Shown here: positions 1 to 9,600 of the stretch, piece after piece
Numbering within the stretch: the first letter of the stretch is position 1
Layout: each line of letters starts with the position of its first letter
Assembly: GCA_964645365.1 (NCBI GenBank)
Contig: CAZXZM010000001.1
Coordinates: 8,677-39,342 of the forward strand
Reading direction: 5' to 3'
From: an uncultured Pseudomonadota bacterium
GTDB taxonomy: Bacteria; UBA10199; 2-02-FULL-50-16; JAJFLM01
DNA: 30,666 bases
Translations under genes and position numbers: made by a program
The notes under the pieces: model-generated
The model's input: the letters and a program-made list of their open reading frames with translations, nothing else
Databases searched by the model: none
What the model was told of the DNA's origin: nothing

Positions 1-1
1 T

Positions 2-787
2 TGTCACATCCTTTATAAAGCGCTCCTCTTTATGGGAACCGGAGCGGTCCTGCAGGCAACCGGTCAAAACCGCCTGAGCTCGCTAGGAGGATTGATACGT
101 TCACTCCCGGTGGTCTTTCTCCTCTATATGATCGGGGCGGTTTCAATCTCCGGCTTCCCCTTCTTTAGCGGTTTTATCAGTAAGTCGATGGTGGTCTTTG
201 CCGCGGAAGGAATCAATCTCGGTTGGGTTGCCTTGCTCTTGGAAGCGGCAGCGATCGGAACCTTTCTGTCGGTGGGACTCAAACTCCCCTACTTTACTTG
301 GTTTGGAAAGGATTCGGCGGAGGCTCCCCCGACGACCCGTCTCCCGAAATCGATGTACGCTGCCATGGCGATCACCGGATCTCTCTGCTTCCTACTGGGG
401 ATCTGGCCCGATCTTCTCTACCGCTGGCTTCCCTTCCCGGTCAGCTATCAACCCTACACCGCAACCCATTTGTTGCAGAGCAGCCAAATGCTGGCCGCCA
501 CGGCCCTCGCCTTTTTCCTGTTTGTCCCTAAACTGAAAATGGTCGCGACCCTGACCCTTGATTTTGATTGGTTTTACCGACGCCCACGTCACTTATTTTA
601 TCAATGCTTTGTCGCCCTGCCGGGACGCTTCTTTGACCGTGCTGAACAAACTACCTGGACCTTTGCTCGGCAACTCGCACACTGGAGTCAGAATCCAACG
701 CTCGCTCGCCAACACCCACCATTTGCGTGGTTGGCCGGATCGATCCTGTTCGTCTTTCTGTTGCTGGTAGGGTGGTTCTTTTTCTAA
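2..787 (+). CDS. Na+/H+ antiporter subunit D (MrpD) / NuoL-ND5-family proton-conducting membrane transporter, 5'-truncated by the window edge
   Basis: Frame is open from base 2 (CHILYKALLFMGTGAVL...). It carries the family motifs HILYKALLFMGxG, LGGL, and ISGFPFFSGFISKSMV, plus several hydrophobic helices. Stop TAA at 785-787. Confidence 0.85.
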   Translation, partial: CHILYKALLFMGTGAVLQATGQNRLSSLGGLIRSLPVVFLLYMIGAVSISGFPFFSGFISKSMVVFAAEGINLGWVALLLEAAAIGTFLSVGLKLPYFTWFGKDSAEAPPTTRLPKSMYAAMAITGSLCFLLGIWPDLLYRWLPFPVSYQPYTATHLLQSSQMLAATALAFFLFVPKLKMVATLTLDFDWFYRRPRHLFYQCFVALPGRFFDRAEQTTWTFARQLAHWSQNPTLARQHPPFAWLAGSILFVFLLLVGWFFF

Positions 788-1260
788 AGTAAGCGTAGCT
801 GGCGCGGTAACTTTGCAATAACTCGAACCGGAACCGGAATCTTGCGTGGCCCTAAGAGTTGGATAAGATTCTGGTCGAGCCAGGCGTTTGCTTCTTCGTG
901 ATGGGAGTATTCTCGTTCTTTGCGGCGGAATTCAGCGGTATGAATGATCCGACGCCCCTCGACGATTTGCTCCTGACAGACCTGATGACACATTTCGTGG
1001 TGGAGGATCGATTCAACGACATGGATCGGCACCCAGGATTGGTCAAGGACCGGATGAATCCGGATCAGACGCTCATCATAATAGTAGGCTCCGAACTCAC
1101 GCGAACGCCGAGCCCGCTTCGATATCACCCGCCCCCATTCTAGGCGCGCCCTCACCTGCCCGTCAAAATAGAGCCCATTTAAACGACGGAAGATTTTGCT
1201 AAGATCATAGATATGGCCTCGGGCAGAACGCGAGGGAGATCTTCTCCGGATAGGATTCAT
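784..1260 (-). CDS. SprT-like zinc metalloprotease domain protein (158 aa)
   Basis: HExxH motif (ILHHEMCHQ), a downstream H (IIHTAEFRRKE), and N-terminal YDLxxIFxxLNxxYF and FGAYY...IRIHPVLD segments typical of bacterial SprT-like proteins. GGAGG Shine-Dalgarno lies 7 nt upstream of the ATG. Confidence 0.75.
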   Translation of the reverse strand: MNPIRRRSPSRSARGHIYDLSKIFRRLNGLYFDGQVRARLEWGRVISKRARRSREFGAYYYDERLIRIHPVLDQSWVPIHVVESILHHEMCHQVCQEQIVEGRRIIHTAEFRRKEREYSHHEEANAWLDQNLIQLLGPRKIPVPVRVIAKLPRQLRLL

Positions 1261-1267
1261 ATGGTAT

Positions 1268-1272
1268 CCTCC
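1268..1272 (-). promoter_or_regulatory. Shine-Dalgarno sequence of the SprT-like gene
   Basis: Minus strand reads GGAGG-ataccat-ATG (cctcc on + strand at 1268-1272). Confidence 0.7.
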
Positions 1273-1282
1273 GACTTTACCG

Positions 1283-3358
1283 ATGCAAAATCAAAAAGTC
1301 ATTCTCTGGATTGCAATCGGGGGCATTTATTCCCTGATCAACTCGGTTTTTCAGGTCCTCCTAACTCATACCCTCTCCTATATCAGTCCGTTCCACATGC
1401 TCTCGGCGGTCTCGATCGCTCTTGGCATGGGAATTGTCTGCATGGGAGGGGGAGCTCTCTTCAGCCGCCGCGCCCTCAGCCGAATTCGCCCAGTCACCTG
1501 CTCCCTGGCCCTTTTGATTCCTCTCTCTTTTCTGCTCTATTTTTGGTTCGCTGATTTCTTCGCACCCGGGTCACGCTCACTCATCTTTTTTCAACACCCC
1601 TCTTTTCTGGTGTTGATGGGGTCTGCCATGGCCATCGCCGCACCTCCCTTTATCCTGATGGGGACAATCTCCGGTGCCTGCTTTATCACCGTACTCCAGG
1701 AGAAGAAGCAGTCTGTTCGCTGGCTCATTGCTATCGCAGCCTTTTCGTTCCTGATTGGCTATCTCGGCAGTTCATTACTGATCCAACAGATTGGCCTTGT
1801 TGGTCTCGTCATCGCAATCTCCTTGCTAGCACTTCTTCCGGCCATTCCTTTACGACGATGGGGGATTGTTATCCTTATTGCAATGGCTGCACTCTTTGCC
1901 GATCAAAATGATTTTCTCTTTCAATACCTCCAAAAACAACCCCAGCTGTGGAATCAACCCGCAACGCCGCCACAGCAATTAACGGGCAGCTGGTCCCCTT
2001 ACGCACGTGTCGATTTTTATCAAACAGCACCGCAAACACTCGCCGGAGCCTATAATGGAGTCCAGCAGTGGATGGTAACAACCAATCCCCAAGAGAATTT
2101 TGCGATACGCGAAGAGGGGTATAAATTTTTTCAGGGCGATACCCTGGTCATCGGTGCCGGAGGAGGCAATGGCGTTCAGGCACTATCCCAAGCGCAAAGC
2201 ATCACCGCCGTTGAGCTCGATCCTGTGGTCGTCAGAGCCTTATCAGGGAAACTCAGTCGATTCAATAATCACATCTACCAACAACCTCATGTCACCATCT
2301 TGGCTGGTGACGGCCGTGCCTTCCTTGAAGAATCTGAAAAGAAATTCGATGCGATCATTATCGAAGGGGCCGATATCAATATTTCGGCCAATAAAGGAAC
2401 GCTAATCAGTATGGAAAATTACCTCTACACGACCGAAGGTCTGCGCGCAGCCATGAATCGACTCAAAAAAGAAGGCGCACTTTATATCTTTTTTTCTGTT
2501 CACCCAACCATCATTCAAAAAGTAATGGCCTCTTTTGACAAAGACATTGCCCGCAAGTTTTTTCGGGGCCAGACTAAAAAACCGATAAACTTTTTCTACT
2601 CTCTGCTCATTGCCTCCCGCTCCCCCAAGCAACTGAATTCCTTTCCCAACTTCCTAACCTCGATTGGCCTCCAGATTGAAGAGCGTAATCTGGAAGCAGA
2701 TAATTCGACGGAAGTTCGCCCAGTAACCGACAATTTTCCATTCCTCTACATTACTTCGACCGGTCAGATTGTTGCGCTCAGCTACTTGCTGGCCGCTATC
2801 GGAATTCTTGTGGCCTTTCTCATTCTTTTCTCAGAAAAAAAAGGGCTCTCTCTTTTTTTCGCCGTCATTGGTGCCGCCTTCGTCATCGCGGAGCTGCTCC
2901 TCATCAATACAACCCGAGCTCTGCTCGGTGGCTTTCTCGAAACAGCAGCAGCGGTCGTTGGCTTTACGTCGCTTGCCTACGCCCTTGGGAATATTCTTTC
3001 GGTCCGCCTGAATATGGGGTGGATCACCCTTGCCACAATCACTTCCTTTGGGCTCCTAATAGCGCTGTTGCTGCAGGGACTTCCGACCGGAGGACTCTTC
3101 TTAAAGCTTGGCTGGATCTTAACGGTAACTTTTCCGGTCGGTTTCTCCATGGGGCTCTTTTTTCCGAAAGGAATGATGCTGGCCACACCCGAACGGGCCG
3201 GCTGGTATTTCGCCATCGACACGATGGGAACCGCCTTTGGCTCCATTGCCTTCTATATTGTCATCGTTTCAGGCGGCCTCTTTTCAGCAGCGATCATGAC
3301 CTTTGCCGCCTATCTCTTAGCAGCCGGACTCCTCTTTCAGGCAATCCGTAGCGCCTGA
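1283..3358 (+). CDS. Membrane-embedded spermidine-synthase-like / class I SAM-dependent transferase (691 aa; TM bundle - Rossmann domain - TM bundle)
   Basis: Central LVIGAGGG...ITAVELDPVVV...ILAGDGRAFLE...FDAII and late PVTDNFPFLY motifs, flanked by roughly 7 N-terminal and 6 C-terminal hydrophobic segments. Confidence 0.8.
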   Translation: MQNQKVILWIAIGGIYSLINSVFQVLLTHTLSYISPFHMLSAVSIALGMGIVCMGGGALFSRRALSRIRPVTCSLALLIPLSFLLYFWFADFFAPGSRSLIFFQHPSFLVLMGSAMAIAAPPFILMGTISGACFITVLQEKKQSVRWLIAIAAFSFLIGYLGSSLLIQQIGLVGLVIAISLLALLPAIPLRRWGIVILIAMAALFADQNDFLFQYLQKQPQLWNQPATPPQQLTGSWSPYARVDFYQTAPQTLAGAYNGVQQWMVTTNPQENFAIREEGYKFFQGDTLVIGAGGGNGVQALSQAQSITAVELDPVVVRALSGKLSRFNNHIYQQPHVTILAGDGRAFLEESEKKFDAIIIEGADINISANKGTLISMENYLYTTEGLRAAMNRLKKEGALYIFFSVHPTIIQKVMASFDKDIARKFFRGQTKKPINFFYSLLIASRSPKQLNSFPNFLTSIGLQIEERNLEADNSTEVRPVTDNFPFLYITSTGQIVALSYLLAAIGILVAFLILFSEKKGLSLFFAVIGAAFVIAELLLINTTRALLGGFLETAAAVVGFTSLAYALGNILSVRLNMGWITLATITSFGLLIALLLQGLPTGGLFLKLGWILTVTFPVGFSMGLFFPKGMMLATPERAGWYFAIDTMGTAFGSIAFYIVIVSGGLFSAAIMTFAAYLLAAGLLFQAIRSA

Positions 3359-3380
3359 TCGACTTCCAAAGACAAGCAGC

Positions 3381-3398
3381 CTGTCAATTATCTGACAG
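3381..3398. promoter_or_regulatory. Perfect dyad CTGTCA-N6-TGACAG (contains TGT-N10-ACA); candidate activator/enhancer binding site
   Basis: The inverted repeat is read directly from the sequence. It sits ~140-150 bp upstream of the predicted sigma54 start site. Confidence 0.5.
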
Positions 3399-3471
3399 AT
3401 AAAATTATCAAAATGATACTTAAAACATCCTTCTTGTATTTTCTGGGTCTTTGTTTAAAAAAACGCAATAA

Positions 3472-3484
3472 TATCAATTAGTTA
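3472..3484 (+). promoter_or_regulatory. IHF binding site candidate
   Basis: TATCAATTAGTTA matches WATCAANNNNTTR exactly. It is preceded by an A7 tract (3457-3463) in a strongly AT-rich intergenic region. Confidence 0.55.
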
Positions 3485-3507
3485 ATAATTTTATATTTCC
3501 AGTGAAA

Positions 3508-3522
3508 TGGCCTCTGCCTTGC
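3508..3522 (+). promoter_or_regulatory. sigma54 (RpoN) -24/-12 promoter candidate for the giant ORF
   Basis: TGGCCTCTGCCTTGC has TGGC and TTGC with exact GG-N10-GC spacing. The predicted start site is ~3534, about 21 nt before ATG 3555. Confidence 0.55.
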
Positions 3523-3554
3523 GGTACACTTCACAGTACAAACCCCCTCAATGA

Positions 3555-3671
3555 ATGGACCGGATTGGATTCAAAATACCCCTTTTTTTTCTCCTCCTCG
3601 TAGGGTTTGTCGTCCTGACCGGTCAGGAAAAATTCTCCGGCGGTGGCGGGTGTAGCTGCGGCGGCAAGAAG
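3555..3671 (+). other. N-terminal signal peptide followed by GGGGCSCGGKK motif
   Basis: Basic n-region (R3, K7), hydrophobic h-region (I8-L21), then TGQEKFS-GGGG-C33-S-C35-GGKK. Confidence 0.7.
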
Positions 3672-6600
3672 TCGGAAGAGGGAGAGATCGTCGGGCCCCC
3701 CACTGGCCCTGGAGCGGAGACCCCCTGCAAATTTGATAGCAACTGCAGCACCGGACAGATCTGTTCTGCTATTGGCAAGTGCACCGTACCGGCAGAATGT
3801 AGCCTTGATGTCGATTGTCCCGAGGCAAGTCAGATCTGTTCCAAGGGATCTTGCATCGAGAGTGGTGGGAGTTGTTCCGCCGACTCTGACTGTCCGGTCA
3901 ATCAAAGCTGCTCCGAGGAGAGCTGCGTTGGTGGGGGAACCAGCTGTTCTATCGCCGCTGATTGTCCCGATGGGCAGGCCTGCCGCGAAGAAATCTGCAG
4001 TGTCATTGGGGAGATTCCCTGCTCCCTCCATTCCGAATGCCCGCAAGGAGTTTATTGTTCGCTAGGAGAGTGCGCCCCCGGCCTCGATACCTGCACCACT
4101 TCGGAGGAATGCCAGGCGGGAACGATCTGCCTGAATGAAACCTGCGTCCCGACCGGCGGTGGATGCGATGAGCATAGCAATTGCGCGCTCGGTTCCTATT
4201 GTGAATCGGGAGACTGTGTTCCAGCCGGCCTCCCCTGCACCGCCCCCAATCAATGTCCGACTGAAACAACCTGCATCAATGGGGGATGTATCGAAGGGGG
4301 GGAAAGTTGTGACGAACATACCGACTGTCCCGAAGGGCAGAGCTGTCAAGACGGGACCTGTGCCATCGGTGCAGAAGATTGCACGATCGATGAAGAATGC
4401 GGCGTCGGCAATGAATGCATCAATGGTGTCTGTGTCACCGGTGAAGTCCCGCCGCTCGAAGATAATCAACCACCTCAATTTTTAAACCCCGGTAACAAAT
4501 CGGTCGTTGCCGAAGAGTCTTTGAGCTTTACATTGGAAGCGACTGATCCCGACAGCGATCCATTGCAGTTTGCAATGACCGGCCTGGAGGGAACCGGGGC
4601 CAATCTCGATGACGAAAATGGGGAATTTTCCTGGACACCAGCTATCGGTCAGGCCGGCAATATCTTCAATGTAATCTTTATCGTCAGTGATGGGACCGAA
4701 AGTGTCGAACAAATCATCACGATTGAAGTGCTCCCCCTCCTCCCGGTTGGCGAAGGGGTCGAAGGGGCCCTCATCGGTTATGCGGTCAATCCTGGTACAT
4801 GCGGTCTCTGGAATGAATTTTTTGAAGACGTTGGTGAAGGGGCCTACACGGGCCTCCTCTATGACCTCACCCAACCCTGTACCGGTACCGTCAATACCTT
4901 TCTCGTCGATGGACCGACAACCAATGCAACCAATAACCTTTCGGTTATTTTGCTGCCGGCCGCCACACTCCCGGAAATTCGCGGGATCGTCCAAGGGGAT
5001 CAAGATGTCGATGATACCCCCCGCGTTTATCAAGGAAGTCCCTCCCTGCAACTCTATGCCCAGGTGACCAATGCCCAAGGGCAACCTGTCGGGGCCAATA
5101 CACCGGTCGCCGTCGATCTGTTGATTGCGGATATCTCCAAGGCTTCGGCTGCTGGGATCTATCAAGCCGGGGGGATCTTCCGAGCGAACCTGGCGGTTCC
5201 CCCGGCTGAATTTCAAGGCGGTGCCGATGTCGACGCCGAGGTGCGAATCGCGGCCGCCGGTCAAGTCATCACCACCCCGGTCCGCCTGAAGGCGCTCCCC
5301 CCTCCCCTTGTCTTGGGAGAGGGACAGGCTGGACTCGTCCTCCCGCAACAACGTTTCTTCGAAGGGCAAGAACTGACCGTGTCCATTCAGACCAATACTT
5401 TTCAGGCGAGTACTCCCCAAACGGTCGCCGGTTTTCAATTTACAGTACGATATGATGCCGACACCCTCGATTTTGTCGGGGTTGAAAAAGGCTTTCACGG
5501 CACCCGCTTCAACGATATCCAACACGTCACAAACGATATCGGTGGTGGCGAAAAGACCGTCACCTTTAATAGTATCCTCAATCAACAGGCCTCGACCGGG
5601 GCCCCGCCGGTTTCGGCGCCGGATGACCCCACCACACCAGCCGATGAACGTCTGATCGAACTCGCCACCCTCACCTTCCGGGCCAAGGTCGATGCCGACA
5701 CAACCGCTTCCTTTTCCGGTGTTAAAAACGAACTCCTAAAAGTGGCGGAAGGGGATACGGCATTAGGGGAACAAGGGGAAGAACTGATCATCGCCGACCA
5801 CGCCGGAGTTGACGACGGTTTGGATCCGACCGGTGAAGTCCAGCTCCTGCAGAAGGAATGGCGTGGCTTATTGAGTTGGCCCACAAATAATGTCCTGATC
5901 GATCGTTCCTGGGCCAATGCGGGCCTGAAGGCAACCGGACAGATTCAGGTGCGGGGGGTCCGTAACGATTCTTCCGGACTGATCGATGCAACCGGCGACG
6001 CGATTTTCGGCCCGGCCGTTCCCGACTTTATTCAATGGACCGCAGCTCCTGGATCCTTTGAAGCGAGTGCCACCGGTACTCAGGATATCACCGTAAACCA
6101 TGAGGGATTTTCCAATGACCTGCAGGTTCGCGTCTTTTACGCCGATCCCGCCGATATCTTTGCCGACACCGATCATGAAACCTTCGACACGACACTGAAC
6201 AAAATTGCAGGCACCGACGAATATCAAAATACCCAATTGCGGATTGTCTGGACCCCTTCCGGATTGCTCACTCCTGATGGGGAACCCTTAGAGATTAATC
6301 TTACTCCTCACCTCACCTTTTCTGAAAATGGAAGTGTCAGCTATGATGAAGCAACCGGGCTTGTCTCTGCGATTGCGCCGGGTGCCGGGAGTATCGAAGT
6401 GCAGGGAGCGGGGGGAAGCCTCCCCGATATCCCCTTTACCGTCTCCGACGACGAGGCCGCACTCGATCACCTGCAGGTGGCGACCGCGGCCAATCTCTTT
6501 TTACAGATCGGTAGCAATGGGAGCCCCCTTGACGATCCAATCCCGGTTCCCGCCACCGTTGGGACGACACAGGCCTCCCAGATCCATTCCTTTGTCACCA

Positions 6601-9600
6601 ATCAGTTCGAGTCGCTCGATCAAGAGGCCCCGATTACGGTCTGGGCCCATTTCACCGATGGGAAAAAATCTCTTTTTACCAATCGAGTCGATCTAACGAG
6701 TGACGACACGAATACCGTTGTGGTCGACGGAACCCGTTCGGTCGCTACGGGACATGGTTCCACCTTTGTCAATGCCAATCACCCCGCGACGGGGCAGACT
6801 GCGAAAGGGAGGATCGGCGTCACTCTCCCTGAAATTGATTCACTCACGATCACGACCGATCATCCACGGATTGCACGAAACGACAACGATCCTTCAGCGC
6901 TGCTACTGGGACTCCCCATCGAGACGCAGGCCCATGCCACCGTTAATTTTCAGGGGGGTGGAACCTGGGAGGCAACGACCGATGATCGCGCCACCTTCGA
7001 GGTGATCGAAAATAGCACACTCGCTTCGATCAATAATGATGGGGACATCACATCACTCAACGCCGGCGGCGGTCGTGTCAAGATCCGCGCCACGCTGCAA
7101 GATATTCCGAATCCTGGAGAAATCCTCACCGCAACCAAGACCTTTTGGGTGATGACCTTAAAGGATCTTGAGATCCGTACCTGCGAAGACTTTACTTATC
7201 CCACCGACGCCAATCAATTTACGCCAGCGATTGGCGGAAGTAGTTGCGTTGTCGACAGCACCTCGACCTACATTGAAGGAACGAATGATCGTCAGTGGAT
7301 GCGCCCAAGCATTGAGGGGATCTGGAGTGACGACACCCGTATTGATCTCCTCAATTTAGACCATGCTGACAATCTGCTCGAACACAATCTGGAATCAGCA
7401 GAAGCAAGCGGCCATTTTGACCTCCTCCATCCAGAGATGGGGCTGTGGCAGATCGCTCCTCATACCATTACGCCCGATGAAGGCTTTGCCCTGACTGCAG
7501 AGTATCCCCTCATCCCGGGACCGGACGTCGATATCTCCCATACCATTCACATTAACAACGATCGCGTCGAGATCACCCAACTCTATTTGCGCGGTACCGA
7601 TGGCATCTCCGGAGGAATGACCGATAGCGATGTCACCTTCAACGATACCTTTTCCGGTATCAAAGAGAGTGGCGTTACAAACTTGCGCGTTGTCGCCCAG
7701 ATGTCCGACGGCACACGGCGCCTAGTCGCCAGTGAAGGGGCCCAAAATACCACCACGGGGGGACCCTTGCTCTCCCTGGCACTGAACAACCAAGACCTTC
7801 CCCATCAGCCGGCCAGCGCCCCCAGCGATTATGCCAGCCTTGAAGATCCGATCGGCGGGGCGCTCATGATTCGTGGCAACGGCGGTGTCACCCTCACCGC
7901 CGATCTTTCGAATGATTCTGGAGATGACTATCCGGGGCAAGACTATGTGGTGGCGGCCAACCTGACACCGGCGACCGGCGATATGGACCTCGGAAGTGCG
8001 ACCGGTCGTTTTGTAAAGGTACTCGGTGATGAAGAGACGATCACTGTCCCGGTGCGCCTGAGTACCGGCGCTGAAAACCTTGCCGGCTTTCAGGTCAAGA
8101 TCCGCTACAACGCTGCTGTACTGTCGGCGCAGATTGCCGACATTGTGCCAGGCCCGCTCGCCGGTGAGGCACTGATCAGTAACGTCAATACTTACGCCCT
8201 TACTTCACTGGAGGCGGACGGCGACCCCAACCGCACCGGTGAAATCGTCTTGGTCGGAACCTTTTCACCGGGTCAAGAACCGACCGGCATCTCCGAAGTA
8301 GCCCGGGTCCGCCTTACCGCGCACAAGGGGGACACCCTCTATACCCAGATCACCGGAACGATCCATGCCCTGGTCAATCCGGCGCAAAATACGATCGGAC
8401 CCGTCATTCCAGACGGTGGACGGGTGATGATTGCCGGCTCCGGTTTTGTCGATCCGGGAGTGCTCGGTGACTGTAACGGCGATGGTTCCTTTAGCGTTGC
8501 CGACGTCGTCCACCTGCAACAAATGCTATTATCTTCCCCGGCCTTTAGTGTCGAATGTAATTACACCCAAACAGATTCCCACCTAAATCTCGAGGATGCC
8601 TTCCGTGGCATGCAGATCCTGGCGGGGCTGTTTCATTTTGTCACCACAACTGTCACCGATCTCGGCAATGGCATCTATAAGGTCGATGTCCTACTGCAAG
8701 ATGCCGCCGGCAACCCGGTCACCGACAGCCCGCACCACCAGGTGCGGCTCACGATCGGCTCGATCGAAAACCCGGCCATCAACGGAACCTATCTTGCCAC
8801 GCACGAAGCGAACGGTCATTATACATTTACGTTGCCGGCGTTGACTTATAATGGACAACTTTCGGTCGCGGTCCGCCTGGCGATCTTGGATGATCAAGAT
8901 CCCCCGCATGAAAAAAATGCGGTTCAATTGGGGACACAAAACTTTGCGGCAATCGGATCGGGCGACACCGATAATCCTTGTGATACGGTTACCTGTCCGG
9001 TGGGACTCGCCTGCGACCCCGATAATCTAAACTGTGTCGATCTGTGCGACGGGATCTCTTGCCCGACAGAGGGAGAGGTATGCGATCCGGCCAGTGGGAA
9101 TTGTGTCGACGATGTGATCGATCACTGCGCCGGTGTCTCGTGCGACCCCGACCTCACTTGCAATCCGGCCAGTGGTGAATGTCAGGGGGGGTGTACCGAT
9201 GATAGTGACTGCCCCGCCGGACAGGCCTGCCACAGCACACTTCTTCAATGTGAAAATGACTCCGATGGCGACGGCGACCCCGACTCGGAAGATGAAGATG
9301 ATGACGGAGATGGCATCCCGGATGATGAAGACCCCTGCCCCACCGACCCACTCAATCTCTGCGTCGAAGGACCGACCGACTGTGTTGACGATAGCGATTG
9401 CCCGGTCGACTTTGTCTGCAACGACATCGAACATGTCTGCGAGCCTTCGGCGCTTGTCAACGAAGCCCCCTTCTTTCCGGTGAGCCCAACCGACAAAGAG
9501 GTAATCGGTGGCAACACGTTGACCTTTACGATCGAGGCAATCGATCCGGAGGGGGAAGAGCTCCTCTACTTCATGGATACTTCAAATGATATCGATTGCA

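Larger units (their letters stand above)
3555..8970 (+). repeat. Super-unit 1 of the ~5 kb mega-repeat
   Basis: Cys repeats, cadherin-like (4464-4733), Big_1-like (QVTNAQGQP ~5061), cohesin-like A (~5340-5740), Big_2-like core, cohesin-like B (7980-~8430), dockerin-like (8466-8630). Confidence 0.8.

Noticed and set aside
198-3351. Short alternative-frame ORFs overlapping the first three genes
   Set aside because: They are nested within well-supported CDSs and have no recognisable motifs.
3388-3418. Chain of small GATAA/TTATC dyads resembling a Fur box or terminator
   Set aside because: The best alignment I tried matches only ~8/19 of the Fur consensus. The stems are short and AT-rich with no U-tract, so neither call is supported.
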